Translations under genes and position numbers: made by a program | Origin: Pirellulaceae bacterium | GTDB taxonomy: Bacteria > Planctomycetota > Planctomycetia > Pirellulales > Pirellulaceae | Assembly (NCBI GenBank): GCA_035513655.1 | Contig: DATKBV010000479.1 | Coordinates: 1,643-65,642, forward strand | Direction of reading: 5' to 3' | Length of the DNA: 64,000 nucleotides | Shown: piece by piece, positions 27,624-37,460 of the stretch | How positions within the stretch are numbered: position 1 is the first letter of the stretch | Layout of the letters: every line of letters starts with the position of its first letter | The notes under the pieces: generated by a model | The model's input: only the letters and a program-made list of their open reading frames with translations | Told to the model about the DNA's origin: nothing | Database searches by the model: none

Positions 27624-30140
27624 ATGCTCCGCACGCTCCCCGCCACCGCCATCCTGCTGGCAGTGCTATCTGCAGCCTCGACCAACTTACTACATGCCGA
27701 AGACGATGTCGCCCGCAAGGCACCTGGGCTAGGTGACCCCGGAAAACTCTTGTCGATCTCGATCGAAACGGCACGAACCGTCGATGGCAAGTTCCTTATT
27801 TCGGGGCGTGATGCGAGTCAGCAACTGGTGGTGACCGGCGACTATGACAGCGGCCAAAAACGCGATTTGACACGCGACGCGACTTACACCGTTTCCCCCG
27901 ACGGAATTGTGCGGGTGGATGCGACCGGGCACGTCAACCCGATCGCCGAAGGCGATGCCACGATCCACGTGAAGGCAAGTGCCGGTGGAGACGCGATTGC
28001 GGATGCGACGATCAGCGTGACGGTTACGAACATCCTTCAGGACTTGCCAGTTAACTTCCCGAACCAAATCGTTCCCGTTTTTACCAAGTACGGGTGCAAC
28101 AGCGGCGGGTGTCATGGAAAGTCTGGTGGACAGAACGGCTTCCGGCTTTCGCTGCTCGGCTTCGAGCCGACGGAAGACTACGAGTATCTCGTGAAGGAAG
28201 GCCGTGGCCGCCGACTGTTCTTGTCGGCTCCAGATCGCAGCTTGCTGCTCGAAAAGGCAGCCGCCAAGCTACCGCACGGCGGCGGTCACCGCATCGCGGC
28301 CGATTCGCCCGCCTATCGCTTGCTCCGCCGTTGGATCGAGCAAGGTGCTCCGTACGGCAACGCCGACGACCCGACCGTCACGCACATCGACGTATTCCCC
28401 TCGGAACGAATCATGGGGCGCGACGCGTCGCAGCAACTGGTCGCGGTCGCCCACTACTCGGATGGCTCCTCCGAGGACGTCACTCGCACCACGCAATTCG
28501 ATTCGAACGATACGGAAATGGGTGAAGTTAGCGTCACCGGGCTTGTGACCACGGCGCAACTGACCGGCAGCGTTGCAGTCATGGCTCGCTATCAGGGCCA
28601 CGTCGGCGTTTTCCGTTCGACGATCCCGCTGGGCATTCAGGTCGAGAGTCTGCCGGTCGCGAAGAATTTCGTCGACGAGAACGTCTTCGCCAAGTTAAAA
28701 GACCTTGGGTTGCCCGCGTCGCAAGTTGCCGATGATGCCACCTTCCTTCGCCGTTTGACGATCGACGTCGCGGGGCGGTTGCCGTCGATGGAAGAAGCCG
28801 AAGCGTTCCTGGCCGACAGTTCGCCGGATAAACGACTTGCGGCAATCAATCGTGTACTCGACAGCAGCGATCACGCCTCGTACTTCGCTAACAAGTGGTC
28901 CGCCATTCTGCGGAACAAACGGCGGCAAGAGTCTGACAAAGTGGCGACGTTCGCGTTCTACGATTGGATCCGTCAGGGGATCTATGAGAACAAGCCGTAC
29001 GACGAGTTTGTGCGCCAGATCCTGACCGCCTCGGGAACGCCCGGCACCAACGCTCCCGTCGCTTGGTATCGGGAAGTCGCCGATCAAGCGGCTCAAGTCG
29101 AAGATACGGCGCAGCTCTTCCTCGGGCTGCGCATTCAATGTGCCCGCTGTCACCATCACCCCTTCGAGAAGTGGAGTCAGCAAGACTACTACGGATTCTC
29201 AGCTTTCTTTTCGCGCGTCGGAAAAAAGAAAGGCTATATCCAGGGCCAGGATCGGATCTTCCACAATCCGGGGCAAGCTCAGGCCCAGAACCCAAAGACG
29301 AAGGAGAATGTGCCACCGACGGGACTCGGCAGCGAGCCGCCCACTTTGGACCCGCAGGATGACCCACGCGTCGAACTGGCCGATTGGATGGCCGACAAGG
29401 ATAATCCGTTCTTTGCATACGCGCTCGTGAATCGCTACTGGAAGCATTTCTTTGGTCGCGGGCTGGTCGATCCCGAAGACGATATGCGAGTCACGAACCC
29501 GGCTTCGAATCCACAACTGCTGAACGCCCTGGCCCAGGACTTCATCGCCAGTAAGTTCGATATGAAGCACTTGATTCGAACGATCTGCAGTTCCAGTACC
29601 TATCAGCTGGCGGCGGAACCGAATGATTGGAACCGTGACGACAAGCAGAACTTCTCGCGCTACTATCCGAAACGATTGAACGCGGAAGTGTTGCTCGACG
29701 CAATCAATCAAGTGACCGGTACGACGACTGGTTTCGGCGGTGCGCCCAGCGGCACGCGCGCGGTGGAACTACCCGACAGCGGGTTTACTTCCTACTTCCT
29801 CACCGTGTTCGGCCGTCCGGAGGCTAGTAGCGCTTGCGAATGCGAACGCTCGTCGGAGGCCAACCTGGCGCAGAGCTTGCATCTTCTGAATTCAAGCGAG
29901 ATCCAGGACAAGTTGACCACAGGCGGCGGACGAGCCTCGAAGCTGGCCGCCGACAAGGAGCGTGAGCATCCAGCGAAAATCCGCGAGTTGTATTTGTTAT
30001 CCTTCTCACGCGAGCCGCTGGCCGACGAAACCGCGATCGCTATGGCTCACATTGAAAAATGCGGCGACGATACGAAACGCGCCTACGAAGATATCGTGTG
30101 GGCGTTAATCAATACCAAGGAGTTTTTGTTTAACCACTAA
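27624..30140 (+). CDS. PSD/PSCyt-type protein with Big_2, DUF1549 and DUF1553 domains
   Basis: It has a signal peptide, an Ig-like Big_2 segment (ATYTVSPDGIVRVDATGHVNPIAEGDATIHV), GCNSGGCHG...GFRLSL (DUF1549) and CARCHHHPFEKWSQQDYYGFSAFF with a DUF1553-like C-terminus. The product is 838 aa. Confidence 0.9.
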   Translation: MLRTLPATAILLAVLSAASTNLLHAEDDVARKAPGLGDPGKLLSISIETARTVDGKFLISGRDASQQLVVTGDYDSGQKRDLTRDATYTVSPDGIVRVDATGHVNPIAEGDATIHVKASAGGDAIADATISVTVTNILQDLPVNFPNQIVPVFTKYGCNSGGCHGKSGGQNGFRLSLLGFEPTEDYEYLVKEGRGRRLFLSAPDRSLLLEKAAAKLPHGGGHRIAADSPAYRLLRRWIEQGAPYGNADDPTVTHIDVFPSERIMGRDASQQLVAVAHYSDGSSEDVTRTTQFDSNDTEMGEVSVTGLVTTAQLTGSVAVMARYQGHVGVFRSTIPLGIQVESLPVAKNFVDENVFAKLKDLGLPASQVADDATFLRRLTIDVAGRLPSMEEAEAFLADSSPDKRLAAINRVLDSSDHASYFANKWSAILRNKRRQESDKVATFAFYDWIRQGIYENKPYDEFVRQILTASGTPGTNAPVAWYREVADQAAQVEDTAQLFLGLRIQCARCHHHPFEKWSQQDYYGFSAFFSRVGKKKGYIQGQDRIFHNPGQAQAQNPKTKENVPPTGLGSEPPTLDPQDDPRVELADWMADKDNPFFAYALVNRYWKHFFGRGLVDPEDDMRVTNPASNPQLLNALAQDFIASKFDMKHLIRTICSSSTYQLAAEPNDWNRDDKQNFSRYYPKRLNAEVLLDAINQVTGTTTGFGGAPSGTRAVELPDSGFTSYFLTVFGRPEASSACECERSSEANLAQSLHLLNSSEIQDKLTTGGGRASKLAADKEREHPAKIRELYLLSFSREPLADETAIAMAHIEKCGDDTKRAYEDIVWALINTKEFLFNH

Positions 30141-30151
30141 TTTCGAGTCTT

Positions 30152-30258
30152 CTGGTTCCCAGGCTCCCGCCTGGGAACCCGCTGCTCGTCCGGCTCTGCC
30201 GGTCATGCGAGGCGGAGCCTCGGAGACAGTGCGGTCCCAGGCCGGAGCCTGGGACTGA
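30152..30258. repeat. second copy of the TTCCCAGG palindromic element (no central insert)
   Basis: ggttcccaggctcccgcctgggaacc (30154-30179) ... ggtcccaggccggagcctgggac (30232-30254). The left arm is identical to 27207-27236. Confidence 0.85.
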
Positions 30259-30409
30259 GTTAAAGCTCAAAGCCTACCCCACGTTAGAGAATTGAATCCT
30301 CCCACCGCGGCAATCAAACTGAGACTTGCACTTTGATTGCGGCACCGGCCTCCGGCCGCTACCCACACCTAAAAGTCTCAGCCTAACTGAATCTGAAAGG
30401 AATGTTCCG

Positions 30410-33400
30410 ATGGCGCAAAGGACGTTCGTCGTTCGAGCTTCATATCGTCTCTGCCGTTGGTCGACGCTCGTCGCAGTAACCTGCGGATTGTTGGCGTCTT
30501 CCATCGCGCCAGCGATCCAGGCGCAGCTTCCCAGCACACAGTTGTCGTCGATCTTCCCGCCGGGAGGAAAATTTGGGACGACGTTGGACGTGCAAGTCTC
30601 CGGAGCAGATCAAATCGACTTGAGCCAGTTGGTGTTCTCGCACCCCGGCATCAAGGCGACCCAGAAGCTGGCGAAACCGAACGAGTTCCTGCCCGAGCAG
30701 CCGGTCCAAGGTCAGTTTTCCGTGACGATCGCGGGAGATGTTCAACCCGGGATTTACGAAGCTCGTGCCGTAGGCCGCTATGGGGTTTCGAACCCGCGTG
30801 CGTTCACCGTTGGAATCTACGATGAACTCGTTGAACGGGGCGGAAACAACAGCGTCGCAACCGCCTTCGAGATTGGCGTCGATAAGACGGTGAGCGGCTG
30901 GGTCGATGCGAACAATGTCGATCACTTTAAGTTGGCTTTGAAGGAGGGGCAGCGAGTTCTTTTGGATTGCGCAGCCCAACGGATCGATTCTCGCATGGAC
31001 GGCACGTTGGTCGTCTACGATCCCAGCGGTCGCGAAATCGCTCGCAGCCGCGACAGCATCGGGCTTGACCCATTCATCGATCTCAAGGCCCCGGTCGGCG
31101 GTGACTATATCGTCGCGTTGTATGACTTTGTTTACGCGGGCGGCAACGATTCGTTTTACCGGCTGACGGTACACATGGGGCCGCACGTCGATTTTATTTT
31201 TCCGCCATCGGGTGTTCCAGGATCAAACGACGCATACGTGATTTATGGAAGAAACCTCCCCAACGGCCAGCCGTCGGAGTTAAAGATCGATGGCATCGCG
31301 CTAGAACAAGTCACCGCAAACATTCCACTGCCGGCGGACGAGACAGCTGCTCGGCAGTTGGATATCGCGGAATTTGTCAAGCCGCAAGCTGCGGTCCTTG
31401 ACTCGTACGTCTATCGATTTAATACCGCGAATCCGGCCCCAATCCACTTTGCTCGGGCTCCGGTTGTCAAAGAGATTGAACCGAATGACGATGCGGCGAA
31501 GGCCCAGCAGGTGAGCGTGCCATGCGAGTTCGTCGGGCAGTTTTACCCGGGCGGCGACCACGACTACGTACAGTTCGAGGCCAAGAAGGGAGAAGCCTTT
31601 TATATCGACCTCATTTCACAACGCTTAGGTCTAACAACCGACCCGTACTTGATCGTTCAACGCGTGACCAAGGACGAGAAAGGCGAAGAAGTTGTCGCAA
31701 ACATCGCCACCGTTGACGATCCGGGTGACCGCAACGGGCGGATTGGAAGCAACTTCGACACCTCGACCGACGACCCCTCGTATCACTTGACGGCGGATCA
31801 AGACGCAATCTATCGGGTTATCGTCCGTGACCAAAACGGCGGCGCGGCCCCTGATCCGCGGAACGTTTATCGGCTGGTAATTCGACCGCCGCAACCGGAC
31901 TTCCGAGTTGTCGCAATCGCCGAGCAGATCCAAGCTCCCATCAACGCCGCCGCGGTCCTCGCCGGCACGACCTCGATCCGTCGCGGCGGCACCACGTTAT
32001 ACGACGTAAGAGTCGAGCGCCGCGAAGGCTTTGACGGCGAAGTCGAGATCACCGCCGAGGGGCTACCGGCTGGTGTGACCTGCCGGGCGACTCACGTTGG
32101 TGCGAGCCAAAGCTCCGCAGTGCTGGTCTTCCAAGCCACGGAGGATGCTGCCGCGTGGAGCGGCAACATCCGCGTTGTGGGAAAAGCCGGCGTCGACGGC
32201 CAGGAACTAACTCGTTATGCGCGCGGTGGCGTGGTGGTTTGGGAGACCGGCAATCGTGTACTTCAGCCAGTCAAGTTTCGCGCAAGTCGCGACATTATGT
32301 TTGCCGTGATTGATCAGGACTCCGACCAGGCGTTTATCGATCTCGGCGAAGATAAGATCTGGGAAACGTCGCTCGGCGGCAAGTTAGAGATTCCGATCAA
32401 AGTCACTCGCCGAGCCGACTTCAAGAGCGACGTCAGCCTGGTCCCGATGGAAGCAGCGAATGAGTTCAAGCCTGGAAACGTCGCCGTCAAGGCCGATGCC
32501 GCCGAGGCCACTTTGGCGCTCGACATCAAGAACAAGGCCACGAAGCCCGGCATCTACACGTTCTATTTGCGAGCCGACACGAAGATCAAACATGCCCGCG
32601 ATCCAAGTGCCGTGGCCCGCGCGACGGAGTCACAAAAGACTCTCGATACCGTGGTCCAAGAGGTGACGGAAGCTCTCAAGTCGGCGAACGAAAATAAAGT
32701 GGTAACGGCAAAGGCGGCCGTCGATGCCGCCGCGGTGGCCAAGCAAGCGACCGACGCAAAGACTGCCGCGGACAACGCGGCAAGACAAGCTGCCGATGCG
32801 GCGCAATTGGCTGCGACAAACCTCGCCGCCGCTCAGGACGCGGCTGCGAAAAGCGCGGGTGATGAAGCACTTGCCAAGGCCGTGGCCGATGCCGAGCAAG
32901 CAAAGACGGTTGCCGACGCAGCTAGTGCGGACGCCATTGCGAAACAGACGGCTGCCGCGCAGGCACTTGTTGATGCTCAAGCAAAGGCGAAGCAAGCCGA
33001 AGACGCCAAAGCGGCCGCCGAAAAGAACGCCGTGGATACCGATGCCACATTGAAGCGAGCTCAAGCCGCAAAGACGGCGGCGGACAAGCAGGTTGCTGAT
33101 ACGACGAAGGCAAACGCTCCGGCGGACAAGAACGTCGCATTCATCTCAACTCCGATCCGCCTGCGGATTGTCGACACGCCATTAAAGCTGACGGCAGCTG
33201 CTCCGGCCAATGCCCTGAAACAAGGCGAAAAGCTCGAGCTTCCCGTATCGATTGACCGCTTGTACGACTTTGCCGAACAAGCCGAGATCACGCTGGAACT
33301 TCCCAAAGATGTCACCGGCCTCACGATTTCGAAACTCACCATCGCGAAGGAACAGAAGGACGGCAAGTTTGAGGTAACTGCGAACAAGGACGCCACGCCG

Positions 33401-33508
33401 GGCGACCACCAAGTTACCGTCCGCGCGAAAGCAAAGTTTAATGGCCTCGACGTCGAGGCAACACAGCAACTCGTCCTGAAAGTCGAGAAGGTCGAACCAG
33501 GGCAATAG
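30410..33508 (+). CDS. secreted protein with two PPC (pre-peptidase C-terminal)-like domains and a C-terminal Ala/Lys/Asp-rich coiled-coil segment
   Basis: ATG 30410 is preceded by gaaagga and followed by a signal peptide ending AIQA-Q. The PPC-like segments are NNVDHFKLALKEGQRVLLDC...GTLVVYDPSG and GGDHDYVQFEAKKGEAFYIDL...DPYLIV. The low-complexity helix is encoded at about 32650-33130. The listed start (30326) is upstream of the signal peptide. Confidence 0.75.
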   Translation: MAQRTFVVRASYRLCRWSTLVAVTCGLLASSIAPAIQAQLPSTQLSSIFPPGGKFGTTLDVQVSGADQIDLSQLVFSHPGIKATQKLAKPNEFLPEQPVQGQFSVTIAGDVQPGIYEARAVGRYGVSNPRAFTVGIYDELVERGGNNSVATAFEIGVDKTVSGWVDANNVDHFKLALKEGQRVLLDCAAQRIDSRMDGTLVVYDPSGREIARSRDSIGLDPFIDLKAPVGGDYIVALYDFVYAGGNDSFYRLTVHMGPHVDFIFPPSGVPGSNDAYVIYGRNLPNGQPSELKIDGIALEQVTANIPLPADETAARQLDIAEFVKPQAAVLDSYVYRFNTANPAPIHFARAPVVKEIEPNDDAAKAQQVSVPCEFVGQFYPGGDHDYVQFEAKKGEAFYIDLISQRLGLTTDPYLIVQRVTKDEKGEEVVANIATVDDPGDRNGRIGSNFDTSTDDPSYHLTADQDAIYRVIVRDQNGGAAPDPRNVYRLVIRPPQPDFRVVAIAEQIQAPINAAAVLAGTTSIRRGGTTLYDVRVERREGFDGEVEITAEGLPAGVTCRATHVGASQSSAVLVFQATEDAAAWSGNIRVVGKAGVDGQELTRYARGGVVVWETGNRVLQPVKFRASRDIMFAVIDQDSDQAFIDLGEDKIWETSLGGKLEIPIKVTRRADFKSDVSLVPMEAANEFKPGNVAVKADAAEATLALDIKNKATKPGIYTFYLRADTKIKHARDPSAVARATESQKTLDTVVQEVTEALKSANENKVVTAKAAVDAAAVAKQATDAKTAADNAARQAADAAQLAATNLAAAQDAAAKSAGDEALAKAVADAEQAKTVADAASADAIAKQTAAAQALVDAQAKAKQAEDAKAAAEKNAVDTDATLKRAQAAKTAADKQVADTTKANAPADKNVAFISTPIRLRIVDTPLKLTAAAPANALKQGEKLELPVSIDRLYDFAEQAEITLELPKDVTGLTISKLTIAKEQKDGKFEVTANKDATPGDHQVTVRAKAKFNGLDVEATQQLVLKVEKVEPGQ

Positions 33509-33594
33509 GTGGGTAGGGTGGGCATAGCCCGCCTAACTCGAAGCCAACAATTGATTTCATAGTCCAACAAGCCTTTTGATTAGGTTGTACTCTC

Positions 33595-36500
33595 ATGTTG
33601 ACGCGAATCACACACCGTCTGCTCTATGCTCTCGCAATGATCGTTACGGGGATACTAGGTGCCGACATGCAATTGCTCCGTGCCGACGATGCGATCTCGA
33701 TTGCCGAAGTGACTCACGAAGGTGATGTCGACTTCGAAAAGGAGATTCTTCCAATCTTCCGACGCAATTGCTTGGCCTGTCACAACAATACCGATGCGGA
33801 AAGCGATCTTGTCTTAGAATCGCCGCAGTCAATCTTGAAGGGTGGCTCGGAAGGCCCGTCGGCGATCGCGGGAAAGGGTTTGGAGAGCCTGTTGCTGAAA
33901 GTTGCCGCGAAACAGATGGAGCCGGTCATGCCCCCGGATGATAACGATGTCGGTGCAAAGCCGTTGACGCCGGAAGAACTCGGGTTGCTCAAGCTCTGGA
34001 TCGATCAGGGAGCGAAGGGCGAGGTGGCGGGTGCTGGCGGGCCAGTTCAGTGGCAACCACTGCCGCCGGGCGTCAATCCCATCTACTCGATCGCCATTTC
34101 TCCGGACGGTCAGTACGCCGCCGCCGGTCGTGCCAATCAAATCTTCATGTACCACGTTGGCAGCAAGCGTGAAGTCGGCCGTTTGACGGATCCTTCGTTG
34201 GTAGATGCCGCTTCTGGCAAGCAAGGCGTGGCACACTTGGACTTGGTACAATCGCTGCGATTCAGCCCGGACAGCGAGTTGCTTGTTTCAGGCGGATATC
34301 GCAACGTGAAGTTCTGGCAGCGAGCACGCAACGCCCACAAGCTCGACATCGCTGGTATTGAGAGTCCCGTCAAGTCGATCGCCGTCAGCCCCGATGGGAA
34401 GTGGCTGGCGATGGCCGAGGAAGGCGGCAAGTTGAAGTTGTTCGAAATGTCAACCGGCACGTTGGCTCGAACAATGGATGGACACCCGGGCGGTGCGACT
34501 AGCGTTGCGTTTTCGACTGATAGCAGCAAGCTGGTTTCGGGTGGTCAAGATAAATCCCTTCGCGTTTGGAACGTCGCGGACGGCCAGGCGGCTGGGAGCG
34601 TTGAAACTCCGGCGGTCGTAACCGCTGTGGTGTTTGCCGCCGCGAATGTGCAAATCGCAACGGCCGGTGCCGACAATATCATTCGCGTGTGGGCTCTGCC
34701 CGATCCACAAGCCGCGGCCGCACTGAAGGCTGCTGCCGACAAAGCCGCTGGCGAAGAAGCTGCGGCTGTCAAAGTTGCGGCCGATAAAACGACTGCGGCA
34801 CTAGCTGCCGCGGAAAAGGCAAAGTCGGAGACCGAAGAAGACAAAGCCGCTGCCGAAAAGGCTAACGCCGAGAAGACAGCTGCCGACAAGGACGCCGCGG
34901 ACAAAGCTGCCGTCGCCAAAGCGGCTGCCGAGAAAGCTGCTGCGCCGATCATGCCGCTCAAAGAACTGACAGGCCACGCTGGTCCTGTGACGTCACTCGC
35001 CGCGATTCTGCCCACACCCACCCAGATTGCTTCCGGCAGCCAGGATGGAACGCTGCGAGTCTGGGACGTTAACGGCGGTAACATGGTTCGTCAGGTGAAC
35101 CACGGTGGACCAATTACCGCGATTGCGGTGCGGCCCGACGGCCAGCGATTCGCGTCGGCGAGTTCCAACAACACAACCAAGCTCTGGGATGCGGCGGGTA
35201 AGCAACTCGCGGAATTGAAAGGTGACTTCCGGGCTCAGATCCATGTTGAAGATGCGACGCGAACTGTCGCAATCGCCAAGCGCGATATCGATGCCACGAA
35301 GGCCGATCTAAAAGCCGCTACCGACCGGAAGGAGGCCGAAGAGAAGAACGCAACCGCCGCCGAAGAGGCTCAGAAGAAGGCCGACGAGGAACATAAGGCG
35401 AAGATCGAAGCTGCCAAGAAGCCCGTCGAGGAAAAGGCGGCGGCTGACAAGGCGTTGGTTGACGTGCAAGCAGTGCAGGTGAAGTACGAAGCGGACAAGA
35501 AGGCGGCCGAGGCAGGGATGATCGCGACGGACGAAGCAATCAAGAAAGCCCAGGCCGACGTTGTCGCGGCGGATGCGAACATCGCCCAATCGGTTGCCGC
35601 GGCCAAAACGGTTGTCGACACTCTGGCCGAAGGCTTGGCCAAGGTCCAGGAAGCCGCCAAGGCTCAACCCGACAACACGGCGTTGGCGGCCCTCGCCGCT
35701 TCTGTCGACAAGGCGGTGAAAGACACCGCCGAGGCTCAACGAAAGGCAGCCGAGGTGGCCAAAGTCGCAGCGCAAAAGGCGGTCGCCGACGGAGAAGCCA
35801 TGAAGAAGACGCTTGAAGAAGCCAAGAAAGTCGCAGAAGCTGCCATCGCCAAGGGAACGAACGATATCAAAGCCGCCGAGGCGAATGTGACTAAACTGGC
35901 CGCCCCGGCCCAAAAAGCACTCGATGAACAGAACGCCGCCGAGCGCTCGCTCCAATCCGCGATCCGAACCGTGGCGCGTGCCAAGGACTCCGTTTTGAAA
36001 GCGACGGAGGGCATCCCTCCCGTTGAAGCGACCGTCACGGCTGCCGAGGAAGCGGCAAAGCAGAAAGAAGCTTATCTCGTCGAAGTCCAAAAGGCAGCCG
36101 CGGAAACCGAAAAGCCCAATCTCGCCGTCGCCTTTTCACCTGACGGTTTCACGTTCGCAACCGGTGGTGATGACCAGCGCGTGCATACTTGGGACAGCGA
36201 AACTGGTGCGGCGATTGAGACGTTTGAGGGTCAAGCCGCTGCCATCACCGGTGTGGCATACGCTTCAGACTCGAATGTGATTTCCGTTGCCGCGAACAAT
36301 TCCGCAGTCGTGTGGGATAGCAGTCCTGAATGGAAATTGGTGCGCACGATCGGATCGGTTGACTCGGCGGAACAGTTCGCCGACCGAGTAACGGCACTCG
36401 ACTTTAGTCCGGACGGCACGCTGCTAGCCACCGGAGGTGGCGAACCGTCACGTAGCGGTGAACTCAAAATCTGGAACGTCGCCGATGGAAGTTTCGTTCG

Positions 36501-37047
36501 CGAGCTCAACGAAGCGCACAGCGACGTGATTTACGGCTTGGAGTTTTCGCCGGACGGCAAGCAAATTGCGAGTTCCGCGTCGGATCGCTTTGCCAAGATC
36601 TTTGATGTCGCGACCGGGGCGTTTGTGCGGTCGTTCGAAGGCCACACCCATCATGTGCTTGGTGTCAGTTGGCGCGCCGACGGGCGACTACTGGCAACCA
36701 GTGGTGCCGATAACGTGATTAAAGTCTGGGACGTTCGAACAGGCGATCAGAAGCGAACAATCGCCGGCTTTGGCAAGGAAGTCACGGCGGTTCGGTTCGT
36801 TGCCGATGGCAGCAATTTGATCGCGTCCTCTGGCGATAAAACGGTTCAGATGAAGAACGCCGACAACGGCGGCAACGTCCGCAGCTTTGCGGGTGCCGCC
36901 GACTTTATGTACTCGGTCGGAGCCAGCGCGAACGGCAAAGTGATTGTCTCGGGCGGACAAGACAGCGTCGTCCGTATCTGGGAAGAGAACGGGACAGTCC
37001 TAAAGAACTTCGATCCGCCCAGCGTCGAAACCGTTGGTGCCGAATAG
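33595..37047 (+). CDS. PSCyt1 (planctomycete cytochrome-c-like) domain protein with two WD40 propeller blocks separated by long Ala/Lys/Glu coiled coils
   Basis: FEKEILPIFRRNCLACHN is the PSCyt1 CxxCH-like motif. WD repeats include VKSIAVSPDGKWLAMAEEGGKLKLFE, TSVAFSTDSSKLVSGGQDKSLRVWN and VIYGLEFSPDGKQIASSASDRFAKIFD. Coiled-coil inserts are encoded at about 34690-34950 and 35230-36110. The product is 1150 aa. Confidence 0.88.
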   Translation: MLTRITHRLLYALAMIVTGILGADMQLLRADDAISIAEVTHEGDVDFEKEILPIFRRNCLACHNNTDAESDLVLESPQSILKGGSEGPSAIAGKGLESLLLKVAAKQMEPVMPPDDNDVGAKPLTPEELGLLKLWIDQGAKGEVAGAGGPVQWQPLPPGVNPIYSIAISPDGQYAAAGRANQIFMYHVGSKREVGRLTDPSLVDAASGKQGVAHLDLVQSLRFSPDSELLVSGGYRNVKFWQRARNAHKLDIAGIESPVKSIAVSPDGKWLAMAEEGGKLKLFEMSTGTLARTMDGHPGGATSVAFSTDSSKLVSGGQDKSLRVWNVADGQAAGSVETPAVVTAVVFAAANVQIATAGADNIIRVWALPDPQAAAALKAAADKAAGEEAAAVKVAADKTTAALAAAEKAKSETEEDKAAAEKANAEKTAADKDAADKAAVAKAAAEKAAAPIMPLKELTGHAGPVTSLAAILPTPTQIASGSQDGTLRVWDVNGGNMVRQVNHGGPITAIAVRPDGQRFASASSNNTTKLWDAAGKQLAELKGDFRAQIHVEDATRTVAIAKRDIDATKADLKAATDRKEAEEKNATAAEEAQKKADEEHKAKIEAAKKPVEEKAAADKALVDVQAVQVKYEADKKAAEAGMIATDEAIKKAQADVVAADANIAQSVAAAKTVVDTLAEGLAKVQEAAKAQPDNTALAALAASVDKAVKDTAEAQRKAAEVAKVAAQKAVADGEAMKKTLEEAKKVAEAAIAKGTNDIKAAEANVTKLAAPAQKALDEQNAAERSLQSAIRTVARAKDSVLKATEGIPPVEATVTAAEEAAKQKEAYLVEVQKAAAETEKPNLAVAFSPDGFTFATGGDDQRVHTWDSETGAAIETFEGQAAAITGVAYASDSNVISVAANNSAVVWDSSPEWKLVRTIGSVDSAEQFADRVTALDFSPDGTLLATGGGEPSRSGELKIWNVADGSFVRELNEAHSDVIYGLEFSPDGKQIASSASDRFAKIFDVATGAFVRSFEGHTHHVLGVSWRADGRLLATSGADNVIKVWDVRTGDQKRTIAGFGKEVTAVRFVADGSNLIASSGDKTVQMKNADNGGNVRSFAGAADFMYSVGASANGKVIVSGGQDSVVRIWEENGTVLKNFDPPSVETVGAE

Positions 37048-37065
37048 CTGGCTATACGCAAAACG

Positions 37066-37127
37066 CGTACGATGGCCCTCCGAGGCCGTTGGGGAGCCGT
37101 TCGACGGCCTCGGAGGGCCGTCGTACG
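37066..37127 (+). terminator. 24-bp-stem GC-rich hairpin after the WD40 gene (REP-like)
   Basis: cgtacgatggccctccgaggccgt-N14-acggcctcggagggccgtcgtacg has one mismatch and lies 19 nt after the stop. Confidence 0.6.
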
Positions 37128-37460
37128 AGAAGTGCCAACGCCATCGGCGAGTGGCATAATGCCGACGAGCGATACAACTGGACGTTGACCGCCTCATTCG
37201 AGTCAACTTCCTCTGGTCGTAGCTACTTTAGTGAGGCCGGACAATCGGGTCATTGCGCAGATTCGGTTACTCGCGGTTCTACCGCCGAGTCCCTGTCATG
37301 ACGGTTGGTCTGCGCCGCTGGCTCTTCTTCGTGTTTGAAATGCTGTGCGTCGATCAAGAGTTACAGCCGCGGTGGAATTCCGCGCTGTCATGGACTTCGA
37401 CGTCGGCCCGTCGCCTGTGCTCAAGGGCAACACGGGAGCCTGGAACAGGGAGGGAGTACG

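Noticed and set aside
37340-37460. Cobalamin-riboswitch-like strings in the long leader of the OMP gene (cgcGGTGGAATTCCgcgCTGTC, gAGCCTGGAAC).
   Set aside because: There is only partial resemblance to the GGTG-AA-TCC core. I found no GGGAA element, no convincing B12 box (..AGCC.GG.GACCTGCC..) and no consistent P-stem architecture. It needs a covariance-model scan before any claim.
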